Of a DNA stretch of 64,000 bases, positions 1-11,782 are shown piece after piece. The position numbers were made by a program, and so were the translations under genes. This DNA is from Pseudomonadota bacterium (GTDB lineage Bacteria > Pseudomonadota > Alphaproteobacteria > Caulobacterales > Caulobacteraceae). The stretch spans positions 2,964 through 66,963 of the forward strand of contig JAEYNH010000207.1 of assembly GCA_023412655.1 (NCBI GenBank), in the 5' to 3' direction. The notes under the pieces are model-generated. The model had not been told where the DNA came from. It searched no databases and worked only from the letters and a program-made list of their open reading frames with translations. Each line of letters opens with the position of its first letter. The first letter of the stretch is position 1.

Positions 1-1611
1 GGAGCCTTGGCGCTCCAGCGCCTGGACGGCGGCCGCTACCTGGGCCAGCACCAGTCCCCACCCGCCGTCTGGGCCCTGGCGGAACAGCCGTACCGACCCA
101 TACCAGGGCATGGTCTCGCCCACTGCCCCGTAGCGCCACTCGGGCCGTTGCGGGATCATCACCAGGGCGCGTTGGCCGATGGCCCCGGCAAGGTGAACCA
201 CCGCGGTCTGGACCGACACCACCACATCCAGGGCCGCCACCAGGCCCGCCAGGTCGGCGAAGTCGTCGATCTCCGCAGGATCGAACATTCGGACGGGCGC
301 GCCGTGGCCGGCCAGACCCCGCGCTTCGGCGGCCGCCTCGCCATACTGCAGGCTCACCAGTTCACGGCCCGGGCCGGAGAGGGCGGCCGCGAGCATCTCC
401 AGCGGCATCGAGCGTTCGGCTCCCTTCGTCCGGTCCAGGCCGCCGCGCCAGGAAATGCCGATCCGCACGGGCGCCGCGCCCGGGTCGCCGCCGGCCAGCC
501 GGCTGCGCCAGGCCTCGACCCGCTCCGCCGGCGGGGACAGGAAGGCGCGTCCGGGAAAGTCCTCGGCCCGCTGGCGAAAGGCGTGGGCGAGGCTGCCTAT
601 GGCGACGATCCGGTCGAAGCCGCCGGAACGCAGGGCGCGGGCCGCTTCCGGGTCCAGGCAACGCACGGTCGGGAAGCTGCCGGCGAACAGCCGCGCCAGC
701 CGGGGCTCGCAGACGAGGGTGACCTCGGCGGCCAGGGCCGCAAGGTCGGGGAGTATGCTGGCGAAGAGGATTTCGTCGCCCACGCCCTGCTCGCCGATCA
801 CCAGCACCCGCTGCCCTGCGAGGTCCGCGGGTGTGGGCATGAGGGTCAGGCGAGCCACCAGGGCGGCGGGGACATGGCCTCGGGAACGCTTGGTGAAGAG
901 GGACGTCGCCCAGCGGCGCTCGTAGTCCGCCCAGCCTCCGGCGAAGTCGCCGAGGGTGAGGCGCGGGTGGGCTCTGCGATAGCGGGCCAGGGCGCTCGAC
1001 GGGTGTGCGGCGACGGCGGCGTCCAGATGGGCGATGGCATCCCGGTGGCGTCCCATGGCGGTGAGGGTCATGCCCAGGTTGCACAGGCAGTCGTGATCGC
1101 CGGGCCTGGCCTGCAGGCCCTGGGCGAACGCCTCCAAGGCCGCATCGTAGCGTTTCTCGGCGAAGGCGGCCGTGCCGAGATGACTGAGGGCGCCCGGATC
1201 GCCGGGCCGCAGCTTCAGAGCCTCCTGGGCAGCCAGGGCGGCTTCCTTGGGCCGCCCTAGCTCGTTCAGGGCCTGGGCGCGGTTGGCGTGGGCCGTGGCG
1301 AGGCGCGGATCAATGGCCAGCGCCCGGTCGTAGTCGGCTAGGGCCTCCTCGTGCCGGTCAATGCGGCCCAGGGCGACCGCGCGGTTGACGTGGTCCGCCG
1401 CACGTCCCGGATTGCGCGCCACGGCCTGATCCAGGGCCTCGATGGCGCTCAGGAACGCGCCGAGCTCCATGCGAAGCTGGCCCAACATGGCCCAGGCGCC
1501 CGCGTCCTGCGGCGTCTCCGAAAGGAGCTGCTCCAGCTGCTGGGCCGCCGGCGCGAACTGTCCGGCCCGGGCGAGGGCGATCGCCTCCGCGTGCCGCTCG
1601 GCCGGTGTCAC
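1..1611 (-). CDS. TPR-repeat protein with C-terminal glycosyltransferase family 9-like domain (3' end lies outside window)
   Basis: Not in ORF track because it runs off the left edge. Reverse translation from GTG at 1611 reads VTPAERHAEAIALARAGQFAPAAQQLEQLL... with several TPR-like repeats. It continues ...VLVIGEQGVGDEILFASILPDL...GISWRGG...DDFADLAGLVAALDVVVSVQTAVVHLAGAIG (GT9/heptosyltransferase-like). High GC3. GTG overlaps the DUF72 stop (GTGA). Confidence 0.7.
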   Translation of the reverse strand, partial: MTPAERHAEAIALARAGQFAPAAQQLEQLLSETPQDAGAWAMLGQLRMELGAFLSAIEALDQAVARNPGRAADHVNRAVALGRIDRHEEALADYDRALAIDPRLATAHANRAQALNELGRPKEAALAAQEALKLRPGDPGALSHLGTAAFAEKRYDAALEAFAQGLQARPGDHDCLCNLGMTLTAMGRHRDAIAHLDAAVAAHPSSALARYRRAHPRLTLGDFAGGWADYERRWATSLFTKRSRGHVPAALVARLTLMPTPADLAGQRVLVIGEQGVGDEILFASILPDLAALAAEVTLVCEPRLARLFAGSFPTVRCLDPEAARALRSGGFDRIVAIGSLAHAFRQRAEDFPGRAFLSPPAERVEAWRSRLAGGDPGAAPVRIGISWRGGLDRTKGAERSMPLEMLAAALSGPGRELVSLQYGEAAAEARGLAGHGAPVRMFDPAEIDDFADLAGLVAALDVVVSVQTAVVHLAGAIGQRALVMIPQRPEWRYGAVGETMPWYGSVRLFRQGPDGGWGLVLAQVAAAVQALERQGS

Positions 1612-2468
1612 GCGTCCGCCGGGGGCCGGAAGTCCGGGTCCACGCGCTTGATGAACTCCATGGCCGCGGCGGGGGCGCGGACCTTCCCCTCGTGGATCAC
1701 AAAGGCGTAGACGTCGCGAGGCTCCTCGGGCGGGCCGGTGCGGTCGAGGGGCTGGAAGTCGCCGGGCACCCCGCCCTCGGCATAGGCCCGGAACCGGGCG
1801 GCCCAGGCGTCGAGCTCGGACGCCTCGTAGCCGGTGGGGATCTCGTCGCTGGCCGAGATCAGGCGCAGGTAGACGAAGTCGGCGGTGACGTCCGGGATGA
1901 AGGGGTAGTTCTCGTTCTCGGAATTGCAGATCGCCACGTTGCGGTCGCGGCACAGGCCTACGAACTTGGCGTCGGCGAAGGAGGCGTTGCGCACCTCGAC
2001 GACGTGCTTCAGCGGCAGGCCCTCGAGCTCCCGGGGCAGCAGGTCGAGCCAGGCGGCGAACTCGTCGTAGTCGAACTTCTTGGTCGGAGCGAACTGCCAC
2101 AGGATCGGGCCCAGCCGGTCGCCGAGCTCGGTGAGGCCCTGGCCCAGGAAGATGTCCATCGAGCCCTTGCCGTCGGACAGCACCTTGCGGTTGGTGCAGA
2201 AGCGGCTGGCCTTCACGGCGAACTTGAAGCCCTCGGGTGTGGCGGCGCGCCACTTGGCCCAGCTGTCGGGCTTGAAGCTGGAATAGTAGGTGCCGTTGAT
2301 CTCGATGGCCGTCAGCCGGCGCGAGGCATAGGCCAGCTCGTCCGCGTGCTTGAGGCCCTTGGGATAGAAGACCCCGCGCCAGGGTTCGAAGGTCCAGCCT
2401 CCGATGCCGCAGCGGATCCGGCCCTCGGCCGCGCCTTCCCTGGCCATGTGACGCCTCCCGTCGATCAC
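1608..2468 (-). CDS. DUF72 (YecE-like) family protein
   Basis: 286-aa ORF. RIRCGIGGWTFEPWRGVFYP...INGTYYS...WQFAPTKKF pattern is typical of DUF72. The alternative start MAREG at 2447 is more likely. Confidence 0.85.
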   Translation of the reverse strand: MIDGRRHMAREGAAEGRIRCGIGGWTFEPWRGVFYPKGLKHADELAYASRRLTAIEINGTYYSSFKPDSWAKWRAATPEGFKFAVKASRFCTNRKVLSDGKGSMDIFLGQGLTELGDRLGPILWQFAPTKKFDYDEFAAWLDLLPRELEGLPLKHVVEVRNASFADAKFVGLCRDRNVAICNSENENYPFIPDVTADFVYLRLISASDEIPTGYEASELDAWAARFRAYAEGGVPGDFQPLDRTGPPEEPRDVYAFVIHEGKVRAPAAAMEFIKRVDPDFRPPADA

Positions 2469-2541
2469 CGTGAAAGCTGTTGTGATGAGGCCGGGCGACG
2501 CGGCAACGGCGCCGCCCGGGCCCCCTGGCCTTACCCGCGCC

Positions 2542-4203
<1,662 letters not shown>

Positions 4204-4253
4204 TCGGTCTGTGGTTGTGGTTGCGCGACCTAATCGCGGCTTTCGGCGAAAAG

Positions 4254-5018
4254 CTAGAGCGCGGATCGCCGCCGGTCGATGAAGGCGCCGATTCCGTCCA
4301 GCACCACCTGCAGGCCCTGTTCGAAGCGCGTTTCCGGGTCGATGGCGAGGTGTCGCTGGTCGCGCCGGGCCTGGGCCAGCCGCAGGGTCTGCGGGTAGCG
4401 GTCGGGGCTCAGGTGCGGCTGCAGGGCCGGTTCAACCAGCGCCAGCCAGGCTTCGTCCGAAAGGCTGTCCCGCTGCGACGCCGTGCGGACCCGACGCGCC
4501 TCGGCCAGGGCGCCGCCGACGAAGTTGCGCAGCACATCGACGATGAGCCCTTTCTCCAGCGTGCTGAGGCCGGCGTCGTCGAGGGCGGCCATGACGCTCT
4601 CGATGCGGGTGAGCAGGTTGGGGCCAAGGGGCGGGCGATGCAGCGCCATTTCCAGCAGCCAGGGATGCTTCTGCGCCAGGTTCCAGCGGGCGCGGGCCAT
4701 GAACGCCAGCGCCTCGCGCCAGTTCAGGCCCGGCGGCGCCATCTCGCCCTCGCCGAGCACCCGGTCGTACATCAGGGCGAGCAGCTCGTTCTTGGAGCGG
4801 ACATAGGTGTAGATGGCCATGGGCGAGACGCCGACCGCCTGGGCGACGCTGCGCATGGAGATCGCCCCAATGCCGTCGCGATCGGCGATATCAATGGCCG
4901 CCTGGACCACGTCGTCGGTGGAGAACCTTGGCTTCGGACCGCGCTTGCCCGGTCCGTGAAGTCCCCACAGCAGCTCGATGCTGCGCCGGGGATCGTCGCC
5001 GATGTCGTCCTTCGCCAT
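4254..5018 (-). CDS. TetR/AcrR family transcriptional regulator
   Basis: 254 aa. N-terminal HTH ...AISMRSVAQAVGVSPMAIYTYVRSKNELL. Divergent from the RND efflux operon. Confidence 0.85.
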   Translation of the reverse strand: MAKDDIGDDPRRSIELLWGLHGPGKRGPKPRFSTDDVVQAAIDIADRDGIGAISMRSVAQAVGVSPMAIYTYVRSKNELLALMYDRVLGEGEMAPPGLNWREALAFMARARWNLAQKHPWLLEMALHRPPLGPNLLTRIESVMAALDDAGLSTLEKGLIVDVLRNFVGGALAEARRVRTASQRDSLSDEAWLALVEPALQPHLSPDRYPQTLRLAQARRDQRHLAIDPETRFEQGLQVVLDGIGAFIDRRRSAL

Positions 5019-5214
5019 GCCGCTCCCGTGCCCTGCAAGTAATACTTTACATCATACGGAGTTTGGGGCAAACGGCGGCCCGCACGGAGCCCGGCAGAGG
5101 CGTCGGCGGGAGAGAACGTTGGGACGGTCACTGGTGCGACGGTCGTTGCGCCGGCCATTCAAAGCTTGTTCAACCAACGCCGGTCTTATCTCCCCCAGGG
5201 CCCAAGAGAAACGC

Positions 5215-6645
5215 ATGCGAAACGCCGCCTCCGTCGCCGTCCTGGCCGCGCTGTCGTTGAGCGCCTGCGCCACGCCGCGCCCGGCGGACGTCGCCCTGCC
5301 CGGCGCCTTCGAGGCCTCGCCCGACCCCGCCCCGCCCGGCGCAATCGCCCTGGACCAGTGGTGGACCGCCTATGACGATCCCCAGCTGACCGGGCTCATC
5401 GAGCAGGCCCTGCTCCGCAACCCCGATATCCGCACCGCCGCCGCGCGGCTGCAGGAAGTCCGCGCCCAGCGCACCAGCGCCATCCTGCAGTACCTGCCCC
5501 AGGGCGACGCCAGCGGCGCAGCCAGCCGCACCCGGACCGACCAGCTGTCGGGCACGGAGGTCAACATCCCGGGCCTCTCCACCAGCGGCACGTCCGAGCG
5601 GTATTCCGCCGATTTCAACGTCAGCTGGGAGATCGACCTGTTCGGCCGCTCGCTCGCCGCCACCCGGGCGGCCAGCGCCGAGGTCGCCGCCGCGCGCTTC
5701 GCCTTCGAAGGCACCCGGGCCGCTATCGCCGCGCAGACGGCGGACGCCTACTTCCAGGCGCGGGGGCTGGCCATCCAGCTTGCCGACGCCCAGGAGACGG
5801 TGCGGATCCAGCGGGACCTCTACCGGATCGCCTCGCGCCGGGGCGAACTCGGGCTGGCCGCCACCTCGGAAGGCGATCGCATAGCTGGCGAACTGGCTCA
5901 GGCCGAAGCCCAGGTCCAGGGCCTGGAGGCCGAGCTGCAGGTGCAGAAGCGGGCCATCCTTATCCTGGCCGGGCGGATCGTGGAGCCCACCGCCAGCATC
6001 GACACGCCGCCGCAGGTGGGGATCGCCCCGCCCGTGCCCCAGTCCCTGCCGAGCGAACTTTTGCAGCGCCGCCCGGACGTGCGCGAGGCCCAGCAACGGG
6101 TGCGCTCGGCCGCTGGCCAGCAGCGGCTGGCGCAACTCGCCTTTTTCCCGACCTTCAACTTCACGCCGGGCCTCGGCTGGTCGAGGCAGGAGCAGCCGGG
6201 ATTCTTGTCGGAAACCCAGAGCTGGACCCTGGGCGGTTCGGTGCTGCAGCCGGTGCTGTCGATCCCCCGGCTGTTGCAGGACCTGAAGGTGCAGAACGCC
6301 CGCACCGAACAGGCGGTCACCGCCTACGAGCGGGCGGTGCAGACCGCCTTCCAGGAAGCCGAGGGGGCCCTGGTGCGGCTCGACGCCGACCGCCAGCGGG
6401 TGGACACCCTCACCGAGGGCGAGGTTCGGGCCCGGCGCGCCTTCGAGGCGGCCCGCACCGGCTACCAGCGCGGCCTCACCGACCTCAACACCCTGCTGAA
6501 CGCCGAGGCGGGATGGCGCGCCACGCGCACCCAGCTGACCTCGGCCCAGGTGCAGGCCCTGCGCCGCAGCGTGCAGGCCTATCAAGCCATTGGCGGCGGC
6601 TGGCCCGCCGAAACCTACCCCCAAGCCCCGCTGGCGGCGCGATGA
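5215..6645 (+). CDS. RND efflux outer-membrane lipoprotein (NodT/OMF family)
   Basis: In-frame part of ORF 4978..6645. ATG at 5215 gives MRNAASVAVLAALSLSAC (lipobox). The rest is OMF-type repeated coiled-coil/beta-barrel sequence (QWWTAYDDPQL..., LLQRRPDVREAQ). Confidence 0.85.
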   Translation: MRNAASVAVLAALSLSACATPRPADVALPGAFEASPDPAPPGAIALDQWWTAYDDPQLTGLIEQALLRNPDIRTAAARLQEVRAQRTSAILQYLPQGDASGAASRTRTDQLSGTEVNIPGLSTSGTSERYSADFNVSWEIDLFGRSLAATRAASAEVAAARFAFEGTRAAIAAQTADAYFQARGLAIQLADAQETVRIQRDLYRIASRRGELGLAATSEGDRIAGELAQAEAQVQGLEAELQVQKRAILILAGRIVEPTASIDTPPQVGIAPPVPQSLPSELLQRRPDVREAQQRVRSAAGQQRLAQLAFFPTFNFTPGLGWSRQEQPGFLSETQSWTLGGSVLQPVLSIPRLLQDLKVQNARTEQAVTAYERAVQTAFQEAEGALVRLDADRQRVDTLTEGEVRARRAFEAARTGYQRGLTDLNTLLNAEAGWRATRTQLTSAQVQALRRSVQAYQAIGGGWPAETYPQAPLAAR

Positions 6646-7712
6646 GAGACGGGATGCGACTGAAGTTCACCATTCTTCCGCTGATCGCAGCTCTGGCCCT
6701 GAGTGCTTGCCAGAAGCCGGAGCCGGCGCCCGCGGCGGCCGAGGAGGGCCGGAGCGTCCGGGTGCTGCGGCTGGAGCCGAGGCCCATGGCCGGGGCGATC
6801 ACCGGCTCGGGCGACCTCGTGCCCCGGGAAGAGGCGGCGGTGGCGCCGGAAGTGACCGGCTATCGCGTGCTGCGCGTCCTGGCGGACGTGGGCGACTATG
6901 TGCGCGCCGGCCAGACGCTGGTGCAGCTCGACCCGGCCCTTCTGCAGGCCCAGGTGGCCCAGGCGGAGGCCCAGGCGGCCCAGGCCCAGGACCAGGCGCG
7001 CCGGGTGGAAGGTCTCGACGGCGAAGGCGTGGTGGCCCAGGAGCAGATCGCTCAGCGGCGGTTCCAGGCCCAGGCGGCCCAGGCCAATCTGCGCGACCTG
7101 CAGACCCGGCTGCGCAAGATGGCGGTGGTCGCTCCGGTGTCGGGCCTGGTCCTCGAGAAGACGGTGCGGCCGGGCGACCTGGCCGCCGGCTCGGGCACGC
7201 CCTGGTTCCGCATCGCCCGCGACGGGCAGATCGAACTGGCGGCCGACCTCAGCGAGGACGCCCTGGCCCGCATCCGGCCGGGCCAGGTGGCGGTGGTGAC
7301 CCTGCCCAGCGGCGCCCAGGTGCAGGGCCGTGTGCGGATCGTCAGCCCGCAGATCGATCCTCAGAGCAAGCTGGGCGAGGTGCGCGTCACCCTGCCGGTG
7401 CGCAGCGACATCCGCGCGGGCGGCTTCGCCCAGGCGACGTTCGAGGGCGTCTCGGCCCCGGTGCTGGCGGTGCCGGAATCGGCGGTGCGCTACGACGCCA
7501 ACGGCGCCAGCGTCATGGTGGTTGGCAAGGACAACCGGGTCCAGCGCGTGGCGGTGCAGACCGGCCAGCGCGCCAATGGGATGGTCGAGATCGTCCGTGG
7601 TCCGCCCGCCGGCTCGCTGGTGGTGCAGAACGCGGCCGCCTTCCTGCTGGACGGCGATCCGGTGCGCCCGGTGCTGGGTGACGCCGCCGCCACCCCCGGA
7701 GCCAAGCGATGA
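6642..7712 (+). CDS. RND efflux periplasmic adaptor (membrane fusion protein)
   Basis: ATG 6642 overlaps the OMF stop (ATGA). MRDGMRLKFTILPLIAALALSAC lipobox. HlyD/MFP-like lipoyl, coiled-coil and beta-barrel sequence. Confidence 0.85.
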   Translation: MRDGMRLKFTILPLIAALALSACQKPEPAPAAAEEGRSVRVLRLEPRPMAGAITGSGDLVPREEAAVAPEVTGYRVLRVLADVGDYVRAGQTLVQLDPALLQAQVAQAEAQAAQAQDQARRVEGLDGEGVVAQEQIAQRRFQAQAAQANLRDLQTRLRKMAVVAPVSGLVLEKTVRPGDLAAGSGTPWFRIARDGQIELAADLSEDALARIRPGQVAVVTLPSGAQVQGRVRIVSPQIDPQSKLGEVRVTLPVRSDIRAGGFAQATFEGVSAPVLAVPESAVRYDANGASVMVVGKDNRVQRVAVQTGQRANGMVEIVRGPPAGSLVVQNAAAFLLDGDPVRPVLGDAAATPGAKR

Positions 7713-10700
7713 GCGAGCAAGGCGCGGGGCACGGCGGCTTCGCCATCTCGGCCTGGGCGATCCGCAACCCCGTCCCGGTCACCCTGCTGTTCATCGGCCT
7801 GGTGATCGCCGGGCTGCTTTCGTACAGCCGGCTGCCGGTCAAGCAGTTCCCCAACATCCAGTTTCCGGTGGTGGCCGTCACCATCACCCAGTCGGGCGCC
7901 GCGCCCGGCGAGATGGAGACCCAGATCACCCGGCCGGTGGAGGACGCCATCGCCGGGATCACCGGCGTCGACAATGTCCAGTCGGTGGTGACCCAGGGGG
8001 TCTCGACGACCTCGATCCAGTTCAACATGGGCGAGGACCTGCAGAAGAAGACCGACGAGGTCCGGGCCAAGATCGACCAGACCCGTCAGGTGCTGCCCCG
8101 GGACATCGACGAGCCGCAGATCACCCAGGTCGAGATCGACAGCGCCTTCCCGATCATCACCTACGCCGTGGCGGCTCCGGCCATGTCGGACGAGCAGCTG
8201 TCGTGGTTCGTGGACGACACGATCGCTCGGGAGCTGCAGACCGCCAAGGGCGTGGCCCAGGTCACCCGGGTGGGCGGCGTGGCCCGTGAGATCAACGTGG
8301 TCATCGATCCGGTGCGGCTGGCGGCCCGCGGCCTGACGGCGGCGCAGGTGAACAACGCCCTCAGCAGCTTCCAGCTCGACGCCCCGGGGGGCCGGCTGGA
8401 GGTGGGCGGCCGCGAACAGACCGTCCGCGTGCTGGGCTCGGTGCAGACCGTCGAGCAGCTGCGCCGGATGACCATCCCCACGGGGACCGGCGGCTATGTG
8501 CGCCTGTCCGACGTGGCCGACATCGGGGACGGCGCCTCCGAGGCCCGGGGCTTCGCGCGCCTGAACGGCCAGCCGGTGGTGGGCTTCCAGGTGGCCAAGA
8601 CCAAGGACGCCTCCGACGTCGACACCGAGGATGCGGTGAACGAGAAGCTGGCGGAGCTGGCGAAGGCCTATCCGGGCGTCACCTTCACCAAGATCTACGC
8701 CTCGGTGGACGAGACCCGGGCCAACTTCCGCGCCACCCAGCACGTGCTGGTGGAAGGGATGCTGCTGGCCGGCCTGGTGGTGCTGCTGTTCCTGAGGGAA
8801 TGGCGGGCGACCCTGATCAGCGTCGTGGCCATGCCGATCTCGCTGATCCCCACCTTCTTCGTCATGGAGCTGGCCGGCTTCTCCCTGAACCTGGTCACCC
8901 TGCTGGCCCTGACCCTGGTGATCGGCATCCTCGTCGACGACGCCATCGTCGAGATCGAGAACATCGAGAAGCGGGTGGCCCAGGGCGTGCGGCCCTATCA
9001 GGCCGCCCTGCAGGGGGCGGACGCCATCGGCCTGGCGGTGGTGGCGACCACCTTCGCCATCGTGGTGGTGTTCACCCCGGTGAGCTTCATGCCCGGCATC
9101 CCCGGGCAGTTCTTCAAGGAGTTCGGCCTGACCGTCTCGGTGGCGGTGCTGTTCTCGCTGCTGGTGGCCCGGATGGTCACCCCGCTGATGGCCGCCTACT
9201 TCCTGAAGCCGGCCGCCAAGCCCCATGCCCGCAAGCCGTTCAAAGGCCTCTATCGCAACGCCCTGGAATGGGCCCTGGCGCACCGGATCATCGCCGCCGT
9301 CGCCGGGCTCCTGATGTTCTTCGGCTCGCTGATGCTGGTGCCGCTGCTGCCCACCGGCTTCCAGCCTGCGGGCGACCCCGACTACATCTACGTCAATGTC
9401 CAGGGCCCGCCCGGCGCGACCCTGCACGACATGGAGACTGCCACCCAGGCCGTCACCCGGGTGATGAAGGCCCAGCCCGAGGTTACCGACGTCTTCACCC
9501 AGGTGGGCTCCACCGTGGCGAACTTCGGCCCGGGCGGCGGCCCCGGCGGCAGCGACGTCAGGTCGGGCACCATCACGGTGCTGCTGAAGTCCGACCGCAA
9601 GGTCACGGGCGCCGAGCTGAAGGACCGGGTGCGCCAGCAGATCGCGGCCATTCCCGATGTGCGGCTGAACTTCCTGGATTCGCAGGGCTCGGCCGGCTTC
9701 CAGCAGGTGCTCACCGGCCGGGATCCCGCCGCCCTGGACGCCGCCGCCCTCGAACTCGAGCGGCAGATGCGCAACGTGAAGGAAGTGGTGGATCCGCGGC
9801 CGGCCAATCCGCCGGTCGGGCCCGAGGTGGTGATCCGTCCGCGGCCGGATGAGGCGGCGCGCCTCGGCGTCTCGGTGGCGACCATCGCCCAGGCGGCGCG
9901 GGTGGCCACGGTGGGGGACATCGACGCCAATGTGGCCAAGCTGAACGAGGGCGAACGCCGTATCCCGATCCGCATCCGCCTGCCCGACAACGCCCGGGCC
10001 GACATCGAGCAGATCCGCCAGCTGCGCCTGCCCACGGCCACCGGCGGCGTCACCACCCTCGGGGCGGTGGCCGACGTGGAGTTCCAGGCCGGTCCGGCCC
10101 GGATCGACCGCCTGAACCGAGAGCGCCAGATCACCGTACAGGCCGAGATGGCGGACGGCGTCGAACTGGGCGAGGCGACCAATGCGGTCCACGCCCTGCC
10201 GATCATGAAGAACCTGCCGGCCGGGGTTCGCCCGGGCGCGGTGGGCGACGCCGAGGCCATGCAGGAGATGTTCGGCGGGTTCGTGGTGGCTTTCGCCACC
10301 GCCATCTTCCTGATGTTCGCCGTGCTGGTGCTGCTGTTCCGTAGCTTCTTCAAGCCGATCGTCATCCTGGCGGCCCTGCCGCTGGCGGTGGGCGGGGCGT
10401 TCATCGGCCTCCTGCTGTTCAACCTCTCGCTCTCGATCCCCTCGCTGATCGGCTTCCTGATGCTGATGGGGCTGGCGGCGAAGAACTCCATCCTGCTGGT
10501 GGAATACGCCATCGAGCGCGAGCGCGAGGGCATGAGCCAGCACGATGCGCTGATCGACGCCTGCGCCGAGCGCGCCCGGCCGATCATCATGACCACCGTG
10601 GCCATGGCCGCCGGCATGCTGCCCACGGCCATGGCGCTGGAGAAGGGCGCCGAGTTCCGCCAGCCGATGGCCATCGCCGTAATCGGGGGCCTGATCACCT

Positions 10701-10840
10701 CGACGATCCTGTCGCTGGTGCTGGTGCCGGTGGTCTACCGCTTCGTGGACGATTTCGAGAACTGGATCCGGCCCCGGGCGGCGAAGCTGATCACCCCGCG
10801 GGATGAGCCGCGTCCGGTGGCGCCCGAGGACCGGCTTTAG
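7709..10840 (+). CDS. RND multidrug efflux permease (AcrB/HAE1-type)
   Basis: 1043 aa, 12-TM AcrB-like architecture. TM4 motif VIGILVDDAIVEIEN is of HAE1 type. ATGA overlap with the MFP stop. Confidence 0.9.
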   Translation: MSEQGAGHGGFAISAWAIRNPVPVTLLFIGLVIAGLLSYSRLPVKQFPNIQFPVVAVTITQSGAAPGEMETQITRPVEDAIAGITGVDNVQSVVTQGVSTTSIQFNMGEDLQKKTDEVRAKIDQTRQVLPRDIDEPQITQVEIDSAFPIITYAVAAPAMSDEQLSWFVDDTIARELQTAKGVAQVTRVGGVAREINVVIDPVRLAARGLTAAQVNNALSSFQLDAPGGRLEVGGREQTVRVLGSVQTVEQLRRMTIPTGTGGYVRLSDVADIGDGASEARGFARLNGQPVVGFQVAKTKDASDVDTEDAVNEKLAELAKAYPGVTFTKIYASVDETRANFRATQHVLVEGMLLAGLVVLLFLREWRATLISVVAMPISLIPTFFVMELAGFSLNLVTLLALTLVIGILVDDAIVEIENIEKRVAQGVRPYQAALQGADAIGLAVVATTFAIVVVFTPVSFMPGIPGQFFKEFGLTVSVAVLFSLLVARMVTPLMAAYFLKPAAKPHARKPFKGLYRNALEWALAHRIIAAVAGLLMFFGSLMLVPLLPTGFQPAGDPDYIYVNVQGPPGATLHDMETATQAVTRVMKAQPEVTDVFTQVGSTVANFGPGGGPGGSDVRSGTITVLLKSDRKVTGAELKDRVRQQIAAIPDVRLNFLDSQGSAGFQQVLTGRDPAALDAAALELERQMRNVKEVVDPRPANPPVGPEVVIRPRPDEAARLGVSVATIAQAARVATVGDIDANVAKLNEGERRIPIRIRLPDNARADIEQIRQLRLPTATGGVTTLGAVADVEFQAGPARIDRLNRERQITVQAEMADGVELGEATNAVHALPIMKNLPAGVRPGAVGDAEAMQEMFGGFVVAFATAIFLMFAVLVLLFRSFFKPIVILAALPLAVGGAFIGLLLFNLSLSIPSLIGFLMLMGLAAKNSILLVEYAIEREREGMSQHDALIDACAERARPIIMTTVAMAAGMLPTAMALEKGAEFRQPMAIAVIGGLITSTILSLVLVPVVYRFVDDFENWIRPRAAKLITPRDEPRPVAPEDRL

Positions 10841-10903
10841 CCTTGACTGTGCAGGGTGGGTCAGGCCCGCCTGTGCGGGCGGCAGGATCATAGGGGCAGC
10901 GGA

Positions 10904-11782
10904 ATGGCCGGGTTCTCCATCGATACGGCGCTGAAGTCGGGCTTCGGGCTGGCCCGGCGCCAGCCCCTGGCGGTGCTCGTCTGGGGCGTCGTGTATGCCC
11001 TCGTCGGCCTCCTGACCGAGGCGATCGCCGCCGGCCCCGCCCTGCCGGAATACCTCCGACTGCTGCAGGACGATCCGGATGGCGCCGCCCTGTTCCTGGA
11101 GAAGGCCGCCGAGGCCAACGGGCTCATCGCGCTGGGGCCCATGCTGCTGGTCAGCGCGATGGCCGCGGCCCTGGTCCATGGTGCGGTGGCCCGGGCGCTC
11201 CTCCATCCGGAAGAGCGCGGCTTCTTCTTCATGCGGCTCTCGCGGCGCGAACTGTGGCTTGGGCTCACCGTGCTTGTCCTGGCTATGGCCATGGTGGCGA
11301 TCGCCTTCGCGGCGGGCATGGTGGTGATCCTCATCTCCATGGCCGGCGCCCTGTGGGGCGTCCTGGCCGGGGTCATCCTGGCCATCGGAGTGCTCTACCT
11401 CGCCGTCCGGTTCTCCACCGCCTGGGTCCAGGCCTTCGATGAACGGCGGCTGGTGCTGCGGGACGCCTGGCGGCTGACCAAGGGCCAGGGCTGGCGCCTC
11501 GTCCTGCTGGTGCTGGCGCTGCTCTTCCTGATCCTCATCCTCTCCGCGGTGGTGCTGATCCCCGCGGGGGTGATGGCGATGGTGCTGTTCGGCGTGGCGG
11601 GCGTCGCCGGCGGCTCCGCCTCGACACTGGTCGGCGTGGTCACCCTGTTGGTCTTGCTGGTGCTCGCCAGTGGCTTCTACGGCCTGATCCTGACCCTCTC
11701 GATCGCCGCCATGGTCGAGGTCTATCGGGCCCTGAGCGCCACGCGCCTGCCCGGCGGCGAGGCGGCCGAGGTGCTCGCCTAG
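10904..11782 (+). CDS. Polytopic inner-membrane protein of unknown function
   Basis: ATG 10904 (MAGFSIDTALKSGF...). About 6 hydrophobic helices, high GC3. Lies 63 nt downstream of the RND gene. Family not recognised. Confidence 0.55.
   Translation: MAGFSIDTALKSGFGLARRQPLAVLVWGVVYALVGLLTEAIAAGPALPEYLRLLQDDPDGAALFLEKAAEANGLIALGPMLLVSAMAAALVHGAVARALLHPEERGFFFMRLSRRELWLGLTVLVLAMAMVAIAFAAGMVVILISMAGALWGVLAGVILAIGVLYLAVRFSTAWVQAFDERRLVLRDAWRLTKGQGWRLVLLVLALLFLILILSAVVLIPAGVMAMVLFGVAGVAGGSASTLVGVVTLLVLLVLASGFYGLILTLSIAAMVEVYRALSATRLPGGEAAEVLA

Noticed and set aside
7-1260. A 417-aa plus-strand ORF at the left edge.
   Set aside because: It is antisense to the TPR/GT9-like gene. Its minus-strand translation shows clean TPR repeats and glycosyltransferase motifs, whereas the plus frame is Gly/Arg/Ala-rich with no domain.
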